Below, piece by piece: positions 1 through 8,877 of a DNA stretch of 64,000 nucleotides. The notes beneath the pieces were generated by a model that made no database searches, was not told the origin of the DNA, and saw only the letters and a program-made list of their open reading frames with translations. The DNA lies in NCBI GenBank assembly GCA_017643365.1, contig JAEPNO010000004.1, positions 77,085-141,084 on the forward strand, in the 5' to 3' direction. How positions within the stretch are numbered: the first letter of the stretch is position 1; every line of letters begins with the position of its first letter. The stretch comes from Balneolaceae bacterium (GTDB taxonomy: Bacteria > Bacteroidota > Rhodothermia > Balneolales > Balneolaceae). The translations under genes and the position numbers were made by a program.

Positions 1-1
1 C

Positions 2-277
2 CGAGCAGAAAAAAAACGAGAAATCGAACAAAAGAAATCAGCCAGGGATGCGTTTTTAAACGAGAAGTTTGGACCGGATGGAGAGTATTTTCGTAGTCAG
101 GATGAGCTTCTCGAACCTATAATGAGACAGATTTTTACCGCGGTAAGCGAAGTAGCAAGAAAACAGGGATTTGATTTCGTATTCGACCGCTCGGGTGATA
201 TTTATCTGGTATACGCCCGAAATGAATGGAATTTAAATGAGTCGATTTTGATCGAACTCGGAATTGATATTGAGTAA
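2..277 (+). CDS. OmpH/Skp-family periplasmic chaperone, C-terminal fragment (5' end lies outside the window)
   Basis: The frame is open from the window edge to TAA at 275-277. The tail ...GFDFVFDRSGDIYLVYARNEWNLNESILIELGIDIE parallels the C-termini of the two downstream OmpH paralogs. Confidence 0.6.
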   Translation, partial: RAEKKREIEQKKSARDAFLNEKFGPDGEYFRSQDELLEPIMRQIFTAVSEVARKQGFDFVFDRSGDIYLVYARNEWNLNESILIELGIDIE

Positions 278-323
278 ACACTTTACACGAACAAGCGGTA
301 TTTTACCGCGCAAAAAAAGGCAA

Positions 324-842
324 ATGAAAAAACGGATACTATTACTAATCGCAGTTGTAGCAACTTTCGGGGCGGTTCAGGCTCAAGTGAAAATTGCATA
401 CATGAACCCAAACGAGGTTCTGGTACAATTGGAAGAAGTAGCTGCTATCGATCAGCAGATACAAGCTCTGATTGCACAACGTGATGAGGAAATCATCGCA
501 AAAGCAACATTACTGCAACAAGAATTCACTGATTATGAGTCGGAAAGATTGGCTCTTACTCAGGAACAGCAACAAGCAAAAGAGCAAGAATTATTGCAAC
601 AAAATCAGGATTTGGAGTCTGAGCGTGATAGTTACCTGAATGAAATCAGACAGCGTAGAGCGCAATTAATGCAACCTATCATCGAGCGAATGGATGCTGC
701 AATTCAAAAGATTGCAACCAGCATGAGTATCGATTTGGTATTAAATGAAGGGACATCTTACGGAGATGCCATCGTATTTTACGCCAACGCCGAACGTTTA
801 AATATCACCAATCAGGTGTTAGAAGAGCTTAAATCAGAATAA
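324..842 (+). CDS. OmpH/Skp-family outer membrane protein chaperone
   Basis: Part of ORF 264..842. I prefer the ATG at 324, which gives the signal peptide MKKRILLLIAVVATFGAVQAQ. The body is Q/E-rich coiled coil and the tail (IDLVLNEG...IVFYANAE) is typical of OmpH. Confidence 0.8.
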   Translation: MKKRILLLIAVVATFGAVQAQVKIAYMNPNEVLVQLEEVAAIDQQIQALIAQRDEEIIAKATLLQQEFTDYESERLALTQEQQQAKEQELLQQNQDLESERDSYLNEIRQRRAQLMQPIIERMDAAIQKIATSMSIDLVLNEGTSYGDAIVFYANAERLNITNQVLEELKSE

Positions 843-870
843 AAGAAACTACTTACCTTTGAAGAATACA

Positions 871-1428
871 ATGAAAAATACAATCACATTATCGCTCGCT
901 GCTATCGTAATGGTACTCGGGTTTGGAGTAACTAACACCGCACTTGCACAAGGTGGCGAAGACGTTAAAATCGGATATGTAAATCCGCAAGCTATTTTGG
1001 CAAATATGCCGGAAATGAAAGCCGTTCAGCAACGTATTCAGAATTTTGCGCTGCGTAAGCAACAAGAATTAGTGCAGAAAGAGCAAGCATTTCAGGCTGA
1101 AGTAACTACTTACCAACAAAAGATTGGGGTGATTTCTGCCGAAGCACAAGCACAAGAAGAAGAGCGTTTAGGTCAGCTCCAAGCAGAGTTGGTTCAAGCT
1201 CAACAAACAGCGGAAACCGAATTAGAGCAAAAGCGACAAGAATTGGTAGGTCCGCTTCTTGAGCAGATCGGAAATGCAATCAATGTTGTAGCCGAACGCA
1301 TGGCTTTAACGTACGTGCTAAACACTACAACTTCTACCGGCGACTTAGTAATCCTTTATGCTTCTGAAGAATACAGCGCCAAGTATAACATCACTGAAGC
1401 TGTGATGGAAGAACTCGGAATGTTCTAA
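871..1428 (+). CDS. OmpH/Skp-family outer membrane protein chaperone (third tandem paralog)
   Basis: Part of ORF 859..1428 with an ATG at 871. It has a signal peptide ending ALAQ, the motif KIGYVNPQAIL, a Q/E-rich coiled coil, and the C-terminal YVLNTTT...LVILYASEE. Confidence 0.8.
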   Translation: MKNTITLSLAAIVMVLGFGVTNTALAQGGEDVKIGYVNPQAILANMPEMKAVQQRIQNFALRKQQELVQKEQAFQAEVTTYQQKIGVISAEAQAQEEERLGQLQAELVQAQQTAETELEQKRQELVGPLLEQIGNAINVVAERMALTYVLNTTTSTGDLVILYASEEYSAKYNITEAVMEELGMF

Positions 1429-1452
1429 ATAGCTTTTCAAGCAAGAATATTT

Positions 1453-1486
1453 AAAGCCCTACTCGTTGAGATAGGGCTTTTTTTAT
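1453..1486 (+). terminator. Rho-independent terminator between the convergent OmpH and vWA genes
   Basis: A 9-bp stem (AAAGCCCTA at 1453-1461 pairing with TAGGGCTTT at 1472-1480) is followed by a T-run. Confidence 0.6.
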
Positions 1487-2595
1487 TTCACGTTTTTCCG
1501 ACGATTACGGATGTAATCTTCAAAAATATAGCCGCCTAAATTGTCCAGCGAAGCAAAGTAGGCCTTTCCTTTGTTAGCTTCGGTCATTTCTCGAACAAAG
1601 CTCTGTAAATAGGGGTCACTGGCAATCATAAAAGTGGTGATGTTTATCTTATCCCGTCGGCATTTAACCGCTTCATCCAGCACTTTGTTTACAATCTTGC
1701 GATCTAAGCCAAAGCTGTTTTTGTATAATTTTCCATTCTCGAACATACAGGATGGCTTTCCATCGGTAATCATAAAAATCTGTTTGTTAGCATATTTACG
1801 ACGTTGAAGAATATGTCGCGCTACTTCAAGCCCTTGCTTAGTATTGGTGTGATATGGACCAACTTTTAAATAAGGCAGATCTTCTACCGATATTTGCCAG
1901 GCTTCATTTCCAAAAGCAACGATATCAAGAGAGTCTTTGGCATAGTTATTCATAATCAGCTCTGAGAGCGCCATAGCCACTTTCTTAGCGGGTGTGATGC
2001 GGTCTTCACCATAAAGTATCATCGAGTGGCTTAGGTCGATAAGAAGCACGGTTGCCACCGATGTATAGTGATCGGATTCGTACACTTCTAAATCATCCTC
2101 TTCGAGATTGAAATTATCGATGCTGGAGTGTCTCAGCATATTCAACATGGTTTGCGACGAATCTATTTGCCCGATATCATCGTTCTTACTCCATCGCCGG
2201 GTTTCGGGTTGGCGCTCAAGTCCGCGTCCGCTGTAGGAGGTTTTATGCCCGCCAAAACCACCTTTGTTTAGATTCTTGAATACTTCCTCCAGCGATTTTT
2301 TTCGTAAGCTGCGTTCAGTCTTCCTGGTGATGATAACTTCGGTGGCGTCTTCATTATTTTCAATGTACCCGCGCTCCATCAATTCTTCGATAAAATCACC
2401 CATCCCATACCCATCTTCAAATTGGTCGGTGATGTTGTACTGTTTGTCCAGTTCGTTAAGCCACGATAGAGCCTGGCTTACTTCTCCACTGGCAATGGTG
2501 AGCAATTGCTGAAATAAGTCCCAAAGTGTATCAAATGGGGACTTACCTTGATGTTGGTTAAACCTCTCGTCCCATTCGAAATATCTAAAATCCAT
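1483..2595 (-). CDS. von Willebrand factor type A (vWA) domain protein
   Basis: 370 aa. It carries a MIDAS-like motif, LLIDLSHSM (DxSxS), and ...IFMITDGKPS in the C-terminal half. Confidence 0.75.
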   Translation of the reverse strand: MDFRYFEWDERFNQHQGKSPFDTLWDLFQQLLTIASGEVSQALSWLNELDKQYNITDQFEDGYGMGDFIEELMERGYIENNEDATEVIITRKTERSLRKKSLEEVFKNLNKGGFGGHKTSYSGRGLERQPETRRWSKNDDIGQIDSSQTMLNMLRHSSIDNFNLEEDDLEVYESDHYTSVATVLLIDLSHSMILYGEDRITPAKKVAMALSELIMNNYAKDSLDIVAFGNEAWQISVEDLPYLKVGPYHTNTKQGLEVARHILQRRKYANKQIFMITDGKPSCMFENGKLYKNSFGLDRKIVNKVLDEAVKCRRDKINITTFMIASDPYLQSFVREMTEANKGKAYFASLDNLGGYIFEDYIRNRRKNVK

Positions 2596-2671
2596 ACTAT
2601 AGCTTTTGTTTAAACAATGGAAAGATTACAACAACAGTTCCTGAAAAGTAGAATAGTATCTATCTTTGGGC

Positions 2672-3307
2672 ATGATTAAAAATGCTATTCAGGACCGGTT
2701 AAGTTACGAGAAAAAACTCTGGGCAGAAGGTTTTCAACGAGTGATGGGATTGGATGAAGTTGGTAGAGGTTGCCTTGCCGGACCGGTTGTAGCTGCCGGG
2801 GTTATTTTTCATCCCGATACAAATATTCCCGAAATACGTGATAGCAAAAAAATAGCGGAAAATGAGCGAGTTGAATTGGTGAAACTCATCAAAGAAAAAG
2901 CCGCATTTTGGACCATTCAGGAGCGACCACCATCAAGAATTGATGAGATAAATATACTTTGGGCTTCTATCGAGGCCATGCGTTTTTGTGCCGAAGCTGC
3001 TAAAGCGAATCCCGATTATCTTTTGGTGGATGGAAACCGATACACTACATCGCTTATACCGCACACCTGTGTGGTTAAAGGAGATGACAAAAGCATGAGC
3101 ATTGGCGCGGCATCAATTTTAGCTAAGGTCCATCGAGATTCCATAATGGCAGAGCTGCATAAAATTTATCCAGAGTTTGGTTGGGATACCAATGTTGGAT
3201 ATCCAACTCCCATCCACAAAAAGGGATTAAAAGATTTTGGGTTTACCCCTCACCACCGCAAAAGCTTTAAGCTTGGGACACAAAAAGTGTACAAAACTCA
3301 GCGATAA
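2672..3307 (+). CDS. rnhB: Ribonuclease HII
   Basis: The motif GLDEVGRGCLAGPVVAAGV is the classic RNase HII catalytic N-terminus. The ATG at 2672 lies within ORF 2666..3307. Confidence 0.9.
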   Translation: MIKNAIQDRLSYEKKLWAEGFQRVMGLDEVGRGCLAGPVVAAGVIFHPDTNIPEIRDSKKIAENERVELVKLIKEKAAFWTIQERPPSRIDEINILWASIEAMRFCAEAAKANPDYLLVDGNRYTTSLIPHTCVVKGDDKSMSIGAASILAKVHRDSIMAELHKIYPEFGWDTNVGYPTPIHKKGLKDFGFTPHHRKSFKLGTQKVYKTQR

Positions 3308-4548
3308 ATACTGAATTCGCGTTTATGGAAATCCATATTCAGGATGATGGCCAGCATCAGGGTATTGGTTAAAAATGCAGAGCCTCCATAGCTGATAAAC
3401 GGTAGCGGGATTCCAATCACCGGCAAAAGTGCCGTTGCACTCCCCACATTGATAAAAAAGTGAATGAAGTAAACGGCGGTTACACTAACTGTTACTAGCT
3501 GAGCAAAAGGATGCTTATGAGTACCGGCTATGCGAAGTAAGCGCAGGAAGAGAATCATGAAAAGGATCACAACTAATCCGGCGCCGATGAAACCGAACTC
3601 TTCTCCAATCACACAAAAAACAAAATCGGTCCACTGTTCGGGCAAGAATCGTAATTGAGTTTGAGTTCCCTCAAGAAAACCTTTTCCACTTAAGCCACCC
3701 GACCCAATTGCCGTTTTAGCTTGAATCACATTCCAGCCGGCTCCGGTTGGATCGAATGATGGATTGGTGAAGGCGGTAATTCTTGCTATTTGATGAGGTT
3801 GTAAAACCTCAGTGAGCGCCAAACGAACTCCTACAACCGTTGAAATGCCGGTAATAAAAGAGGTGATGGTTAACCATTTTCGGCGTTGAATAAAGAAGAT
3901 AATGCCGGTTAAAAGTGCAGCTGATAGCAAACCTAGTTGCCAATTAATAACAGTGAGGTAAAGTATTAGAGCCGGTGAGACTATAAAAAGAGAAACCCCA
4001 TAGGGTAAGCCCGACCAAAACAGCATCACCGGAATCAAAGCGATGAAAATGATTGCCGTACCGAAATCGTTTTGTGCGATAACCAATGCAGTTGGAATTG
4101 CAATGATCAAAACAGATACCAACGCATAGCGAATATTCTCAACCGAAATATTACGCCTACTTGTTAGGTAATTTGCTACTGCAAGAATGGTAGCAATTTT
4201 CATGAACTCACTGCTCTGGAACCCAAAAGGTCCAATCCGGAACCAGCTTTTTGCACCGTTTATTTCGTTTCCGAAAAACAAGGTCAGGATCATTAGCACA
4301 ATTCCAACAAAATAGGCGACGTAGGAAAGTTGTATAAAGGTTCGGGGAGATACGAATTGAACGCCGGCCATTAACAGTACCGACACAACCACAAATGCCA
4401 ACTGTTTTACAAAATTGTTTTGAATGAAAGCCGGTAGAAATTCAGAAACCGGTCCCTGAGTAGCGCTGTAAATAGCAATTAACCCGATAACGGTAAGTAT
4501 TATCCAGGTGATTAAAATAATCCAGTTGAACTCGCGAGGGTTACTCAT
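3298..4548 (-). CDS. rodA: Rod shape-determining SEDS protein RodA (FtsW/RodA/SpoVE family)
   Basis: 416-aa polytopic membrane protein with ...PLPFISYGGSAFL at the C-terminus. It lies immediately downstream of mrdA. Confidence 0.9.
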   Translation of the reverse strand: MSNPREFNWIILITWIILTVIGLIAIYSATQGPVSEFLPAFIQNNFVKQLAFVVVSVLLMAGVQFVSPRTFIQLSYVAYFVGIVLMILTLFFGNEINGAKSWFRIGPFGFQSSEFMKIATILAVANYLTSRRNISVENIRYALVSVLIIAIPTALVIAQNDFGTAIIFIALIPVMLFWSGLPYGVSLFIVSPALILYLTVINWQLGLLSAALLTGIIFFIQRRKWLTITSFITGISTVVGVRLALTEVLQPHQIARITAFTNPSFDPTGAGWNVIQAKTAIGSGGLSGKGFLEGTQTQLRFLPEQWTDFVFCVIGEEFGFIGAGLVVILFMILFLRLLRIAGTHKHPFAQLVTVSVTAVYFIHFFINVGSATALLPVIGIPLPFISYGGSAFLTNTLMLAIILNMDFHKREFSIYR

Positions 4549-6383
4549 TATTCCGACCTCTGCGAATTATCTTCTTTTGGTACCCAATTCATCACGTAAT
4601 TGTATACGTATTTTCTGGTCACTTCACCGGTAAGGTACTTTTCATGTAACAGCGCGGCGATGGGTGCTGCAGACGTTGAGGCAAATCCGGCATTTTCTAA
4701 AAACACCGTTACTACAATTTGCGGATCATCGAAGGGGGCGAAGGATGTAAACCAACCGTGACTGAATCCATGTGGATTTTGAGCCGTTCCGGTTTTACCA
4801 GCAATCGCAACTTTATCCGTTTTAGCGTAAGTGCGTCCGCTTCCTTCTTCAACCACCCGACGCATTCCGTTTTTTACGATTTCCAGATACTCATCCTTAA
4901 CCCAATCAATAGGTTCGTACTGAATAGGCGTGTATTCAAAAACCCCATTACTTCGTTGGATGGAATGCACGATATGAGGTTGAATTTTATAACCACCGTT
5001 GGCTATGGAGCTGGTCATTTGCGCAATTTGAAGCGGCGAAACCGAAAGAATCCCTTGTCCAATTCCTAGATTAATAAGATCACCGAGCCCCCACTGTCGT
5101 TTTCCAAACCAACGATCCATAAAAGCACTATCCGGTACAATTCCCTGATTGGCGCTAGGGAGATCGATAGCATTTGGAACGCCGAGGCCGAATTCCTGCA
5201 CAAGATCATGCCATTCGTTCAGCTGACCGCTGCTCGCAATTTTATCCATCAACGCATAAAAATAGGTGTTACTGGAATAGGCGATGGCTCTTTCAAGATC
5301 ATAGTCGCCTTTAGGAGCAATATCGCGATACAAACGTCCGCGTTGATAACCTCCGCGATTCGCAATTATAGTTTCTTCATTAACATGCCCAAGATGCAAT
5401 CCAATCATGCCCATTAACGGCTTAAAGGTAGATCCGGGAGGTTGCCGACTAGAGATTGCTCGGTTGTACAAAGGCCTCGTTGTGTCGGTATTTATTTCTA
5501 CCCAATAATCGCGATCCAAGCGACCTGCGAGACGATTTACATCGTAATTTGGGCTGCTCACCAAAGCTAAGATTTCACCATTATTTGGATTCATAGCTAT
5601 AACTGCGCCACTTTTTCCTTGCATCAATTCCTCGGCATAGGCTTGTAATTCGGCATCGATGGTGGTGATAATATTATCACCTTGTTGAGGACTCTGCCCG
5701 GCACGTTCACCTTCGTATTCGCCAATCGTTTGCCCATAGGCGTTCACTCTTTGGAACTCAATTCCAAGATCGCCACGCAGATTTTTTTCATACACAAGCT
5801 CCAGTCCACTCTTCCCGATTTTATCGCCCAGCCTTAAATCTTCAGTAGCTTCGTATTCTTGTCGATCAGCTTCGCGAAGATATCCGAACAAATGGGACGC
5901 TTTCAAATTGGTAGGATAATGCCGTTTACTTCCAATTTCATGCCCGATACCGGAAAGTTGCCAGAGGTTTTCCTGAACCCTCGAAAACGTTTCAAAATCT
6001 ACATCGGTGAGTAGGGGAGAATTTCGATACCAACTGTAGCGCTGAGCTTCATCAACCCGCTCGGTAATTACCGAATCAGACACATTCATCAAACCTGCAA
6101 GCAAAGGGATGTTCTCTCGATCGAACTTTGACGGGGTTACCGTAATAGTAAAGATCGGTTCGTTATCTACTAGCAGCACTCCATTTCGGTCGAATATCAA
6201 GCCACGGGATGGACTCACATATTCTTGCCGAATAGAATTCTCTTCTCCGAGCACTGAATACGTATCGTATTGAATAATCTGTAAATAAAACACCCGTCCT
6301 AATACCACCATACACAACCCTAGTATGATAATTTGCAAGGAACGTATGGAAGTACGGGTTCTATTTGAGCTTCGAGAATCCAC
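4548..6383 (-). CDS. mrdA: Penicillin-binding protein 2 (elongasome transpeptidase)
   Basis: 611 aa with an N-terminal TM anchor, the STFKP active-site motif (GSTFKPLMG), SSN and KTGTA motifs. It sits in the mre operon. Confidence 0.9.
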   Translation of the reverse strand: MDSRSSNRTRTSIRSLQIIILGLCMVVLGRVFYLQIIQYDTYSVLGEENSIRQEYVSPSRGLIFDRNGVLLVDNEPIFTITVTPSKFDRENIPLLAGLMNVSDSVITERVDEAQRYSWYRNSPLLTDVDFETFSRVQENLWQLSGIGHEIGSKRHYPTNLKASHLFGYLREADRQEYEATEDLRLGDKIGKSGLELVYEKNLRGDLGIEFQRVNAYGQTIGEYEGERAGQSPQQGDNIITTIDAELQAYAEELMQGKSGAVIAMNPNNGEILALVSSPNYDVNRLAGRLDRDYWVEINTDTTRPLYNRAISSRQPPGSTFKPLMGMIGLHLGHVNEETIIANRGGYQRGRLYRDIAPKGDYDLERAIAYSSNTYFYALMDKIASSGQLNEWHDLVQEFGLGVPNAIDLPSANQGIVPDSAFMDRWFGKRQWGLGDLINLGIGQGILSVSPLQIAQMTSSIANGGYKIQPHIVHSIQRSNGVFEYTPIQYEPIDWVKDEYLEIVKNGMRRVVEEGSGRTYAKTDKVAIAGKTGTAQNPHGFSHGWFTSFAPFDDPQIVVTVFLENAGFASTSAAPIAALLHEKYLTGEVTRKYVYNYVMNWVPKEDNSQRSE

Positions 6384-6384
6384 G

Positions 6385-6855
6385 TTATCGTTTTCTGAAA
6401 ATGTAGATTAATAATCCTATCAATGCCGTGTAAAACGTATTTCCGAAGATGATTGTAAAGGGGGAATACGAAGTGGCAAATGCTATAAAGAAACTGCTTA
6501 ACGCAAATAAAATGATGTTATGTATGAGAGCTCCCATAAAAATGATGAGAAATATCTGCCATAGCAAAAGCTGTGCCTCTGATTTCCGTTTGATAAAATT
6601 ATAAACAAGAAAAATGGTGAGCGTTTTAGAGAACATCATAATTCCCCAGAAATCGAATAATGCATCTTGTAGCAATGCTAAGCTGGCAGCCATTATCAGT
6701 AAAGGTACTCGATCGTACTTTTGAATAATCCACAGTAAATAGCAAAGCAGTGGATCAGCCGTGGCATTAAAAACCGACAAATGCTGAAAGAACAGCACAT
6801 CTAACAGAACAAAGAAAATACCGAGCAGGATATGTCGTATTAACTGATTACTCAT
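6385..6855 (-). CDS. mreD: Rod shape-determining protein MreD
   Basis: 156-aa hydrophobic multi-TM protein located between mreC and mrdA. It overlaps mreC by 4 nt. Confidence 0.7.
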   Translation of the reverse strand: MSNQLIRHILLGIFFVLLDVLFFQHLSVFNATADPLLCYLLWIIQKYDRVPLLIMAASLALLQDALFDFWGIMMFSKTLTIFLVYNFIKRKSEAQLLLWQIFLIIFMGALIHNIILFALSSFFIAFATSYSPFTIIFGNTFYTALIGLLIYIFRKR

Positions 6856-7694
6856 CTAAATAGACTCTGAGTTTGGATAGATAATGAATCTAGTGTGCTA
6901 TCAGGCTGGAATTTAATTACAAATCCTTCCGATACTTCAGATAATGAGGTAAAAGGAGAGAGATAAATTTTTTGAGTGTCTTTGCCTTCTTCTTCTTCGG
7001 TATAAAGTACCGTTCCGATCGGGATTCCACCAGGAAATTCATTACCAAATCCACTGGTTTCAACTACAAAACCAGAATCTACGGGTATAGTTTTTGGAAC
7101 AAAATCCATCACCAGTTCCGACATATTATCTCCCGGCCAACTCACAATCCCCATCGACTGTGTTTGTTGAATACGAGCACTCACTCTGAACAAATTGTTG
7201 AAATATGGCATTACCTGAGAATAATTCGATGCGGTAATGATCACTTTGCCAACCAATCCGTCGGAAGTAATTACCGGCATACCAACTTCTACACCTTGCT
7301 TTGATCCCGCATTAACGGTAAAGGTGTTATTGATACCATTGAGCGTTTTAGTTACAAATCGCACAGGCTGCAGATCAAAATTGCTGTTATTTTGATAGTT
7401 TAACAGCTTCCGTAATTCAATATTCTCTTGTTCAATTGCGCGCAAACGGCTAAGCTCATCTTGCAACAGAATATTCTGTTCCTGTAAATAGGTGTTGGTT
7501 CGCAAAGCCTGTCGATAAACCCTCACGTTCGAAAGAGGTTCTTCAAGCACACTTACTACAGTAATAGAAATTTGACGTAAGCTATTTAGTCCATCTTGAT
7601 GGCGATTAATAGCAATTGCCAGTGCAAAGACTAGAATTAACGCAGTAATTATATAATCGGAAGCGTTTTCAACTTTAAATACTCTAAACTGCAT
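6852..7694 (-). CDS. mreC: Rod shape-determining protein MreC
   Basis: N-terminal TM segment, a coiled coil (LQDELSRLRAIEQENIELRKLL) and the motif SDGLVGKVI. It lies directly downstream of mreB. Confidence 0.85.
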   Translation of the reverse strand: MQFRVFKVENASDYIITALILVFALAIAINRHQDGLNSLRQISITVVSVLEEPLSNVRVYRQALRTNTYLQEQNILLQDELSRLRAIEQENIELRKLLNYQNNSNFDLQPVRFVTKTLNGINNTFTVNAGSKQGVEVGMPVITSDGLVGKVIITASNYSQVMPYFNNLFRVSARIQQTQSMGIVSWPGDNMSELVMDFVPKTIPVDSGFVVETSGFGNEFPGGIPIGTVLYTEEEEGKDTQKIYLSPFTSLSEVSEGFVIKFQPDSTLDSLSIQTQSLFR

Positions 7695-7703
7695 TCAGCA
7701 TGG

Positions 7704-8771
7704 TTATGAGTCGATTACTGGTCGGTAATATTCGAGGTTTTCTAAAATGGCACCGGTACCACGAACAACAGCGGTAAGGGGATCTTCCGCAATATGAACC
7801 GGAAGATCAGTGGTTTCCATGATCAGTTTGTCAAGATTCTTTAACAAAGCACCACCTCCGGTTAACATAATACCTCGATCCAAAATATCAGCAGATAATT
7901 CAGGCGGGGTTTGCTCAAGTGATTTTGTGATGGATTCTACAATGGTATTCACCGATTCTGCCATTGCTTCACGCGCATCTTTCGAGGTGATATGACGAGT
8001 TCTTGGCACACCATTTACGAGGTCACGACCTTTAGTGATCATCTCAAGCTCTTCGTCGAGAGGAGCAGCAGATCCGATCTCACACTTAATTTTTTCAGCA
8101 GTTCGCTCACCAATCAACAGATTGTGATTTCTTCTGAAATAGTTAATAATATCTTCGTTCAGTTCATCACCACCAAGGCGAACCGACTGTGCGTAAACGA
8201 TGCCCGAAAGTGCGATTACAGCAATCTCTGTTGTTCCACCTCCGATGTCCACAATCATATTACCTACCGGCTCGTGCACATCTAACCCAATACCAATTGC
8301 AGCGGCCATCGGCTCATCAACTAGAAAAACTTCTTTTGCACCGGCGTGCTCTGCGCTATCACGTACCGCACGTCGTTCAACCTCTGTGATTCCACTAGGC
8401 ACACAAATCACCATTTGGCGTGTGCTCGAATACCACTTCACCTTCACCTTTTTGATCATTCCACGAATCATTTGCTCAGCAACTTCAAAATCAGCAATTA
8501 CGCCATCACGTAGTGGGCGAATAGTTCTGATTTTTCGGTGCGTTTTTTCGTGCATCAATCGCGCTTCGTGTCCGGTAGCAACAGGAATATTCTGCTGATT
8601 TAATGCTACGATCGAAGGTTCGTTTAAAACGATTCCTTCACCACGAGAGTAAATAAGTGTGTTCGCTGTACCTAAATCGATAGCGATGTCGGTATAAAGA
8701 AAATCGAATAAGCCTTTTTTAGGCTGTTTTTTAACTGAGAATGGGGAAGGGATGCCTTGCCGATTGGACAT
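7704..8771 (-). CDS. mreB: Rod shape-determining actin homolog MreB
   Basis: Contains DLGTANTLIY, VDIGGGTTEIAV and LTGGGALLKNLD, the actin-fold phosphate and adenosine motifs. Confidence 0.95.
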   Translation of the reverse strand: MSNRQGIPSPFSVKKQPKKGLFDFLYTDIAIDLGTANTLIYSRGEGIVLNEPSIVALNQQNIPVATGHEARLMHEKTHRKIRTIRPLRDGVIADFEVAEQMIRGMIKKVKVKWYSSTRQMVICVPSGITEVERRAVRDSAEHAGAKEVFLVDEPMAAAIGIGLDVHEPVGNMIVDIGGGTTEIAVIALSGIVYAQSVRLGGDELNEDIINYFRRNHNLLIGERTAEKIKCEIGSAAPLDEELEMITKGRDLVNGVPRTRHITSKDAREAMAESVNTIVESITKSLEQTPPELSADILDRGIMLTGGGALLKNLDKLIMETTDLPVHIAEDPLTAVVRGTGAILENLEYYRPVIDS

Positions 8772-8877
8772 TTGAGGTGCTTAACTATAGGTTTTTGTGA
8801 CGATATTAATTCGGTTGAAAATACAATTTTGATACTCTATTTGCGAATGCCAGTATGTACTTTGTTTTTAAATGATT

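Noticed and set aside
7810-8598. Four plus-strand ORFs (61-132 aa) inside mreB.
   Set aside because: They are antisense to a very well supported MreB coding frame and have low-complexity, Ser/Arg/Pro-biased translations. They are shadow ORFs.
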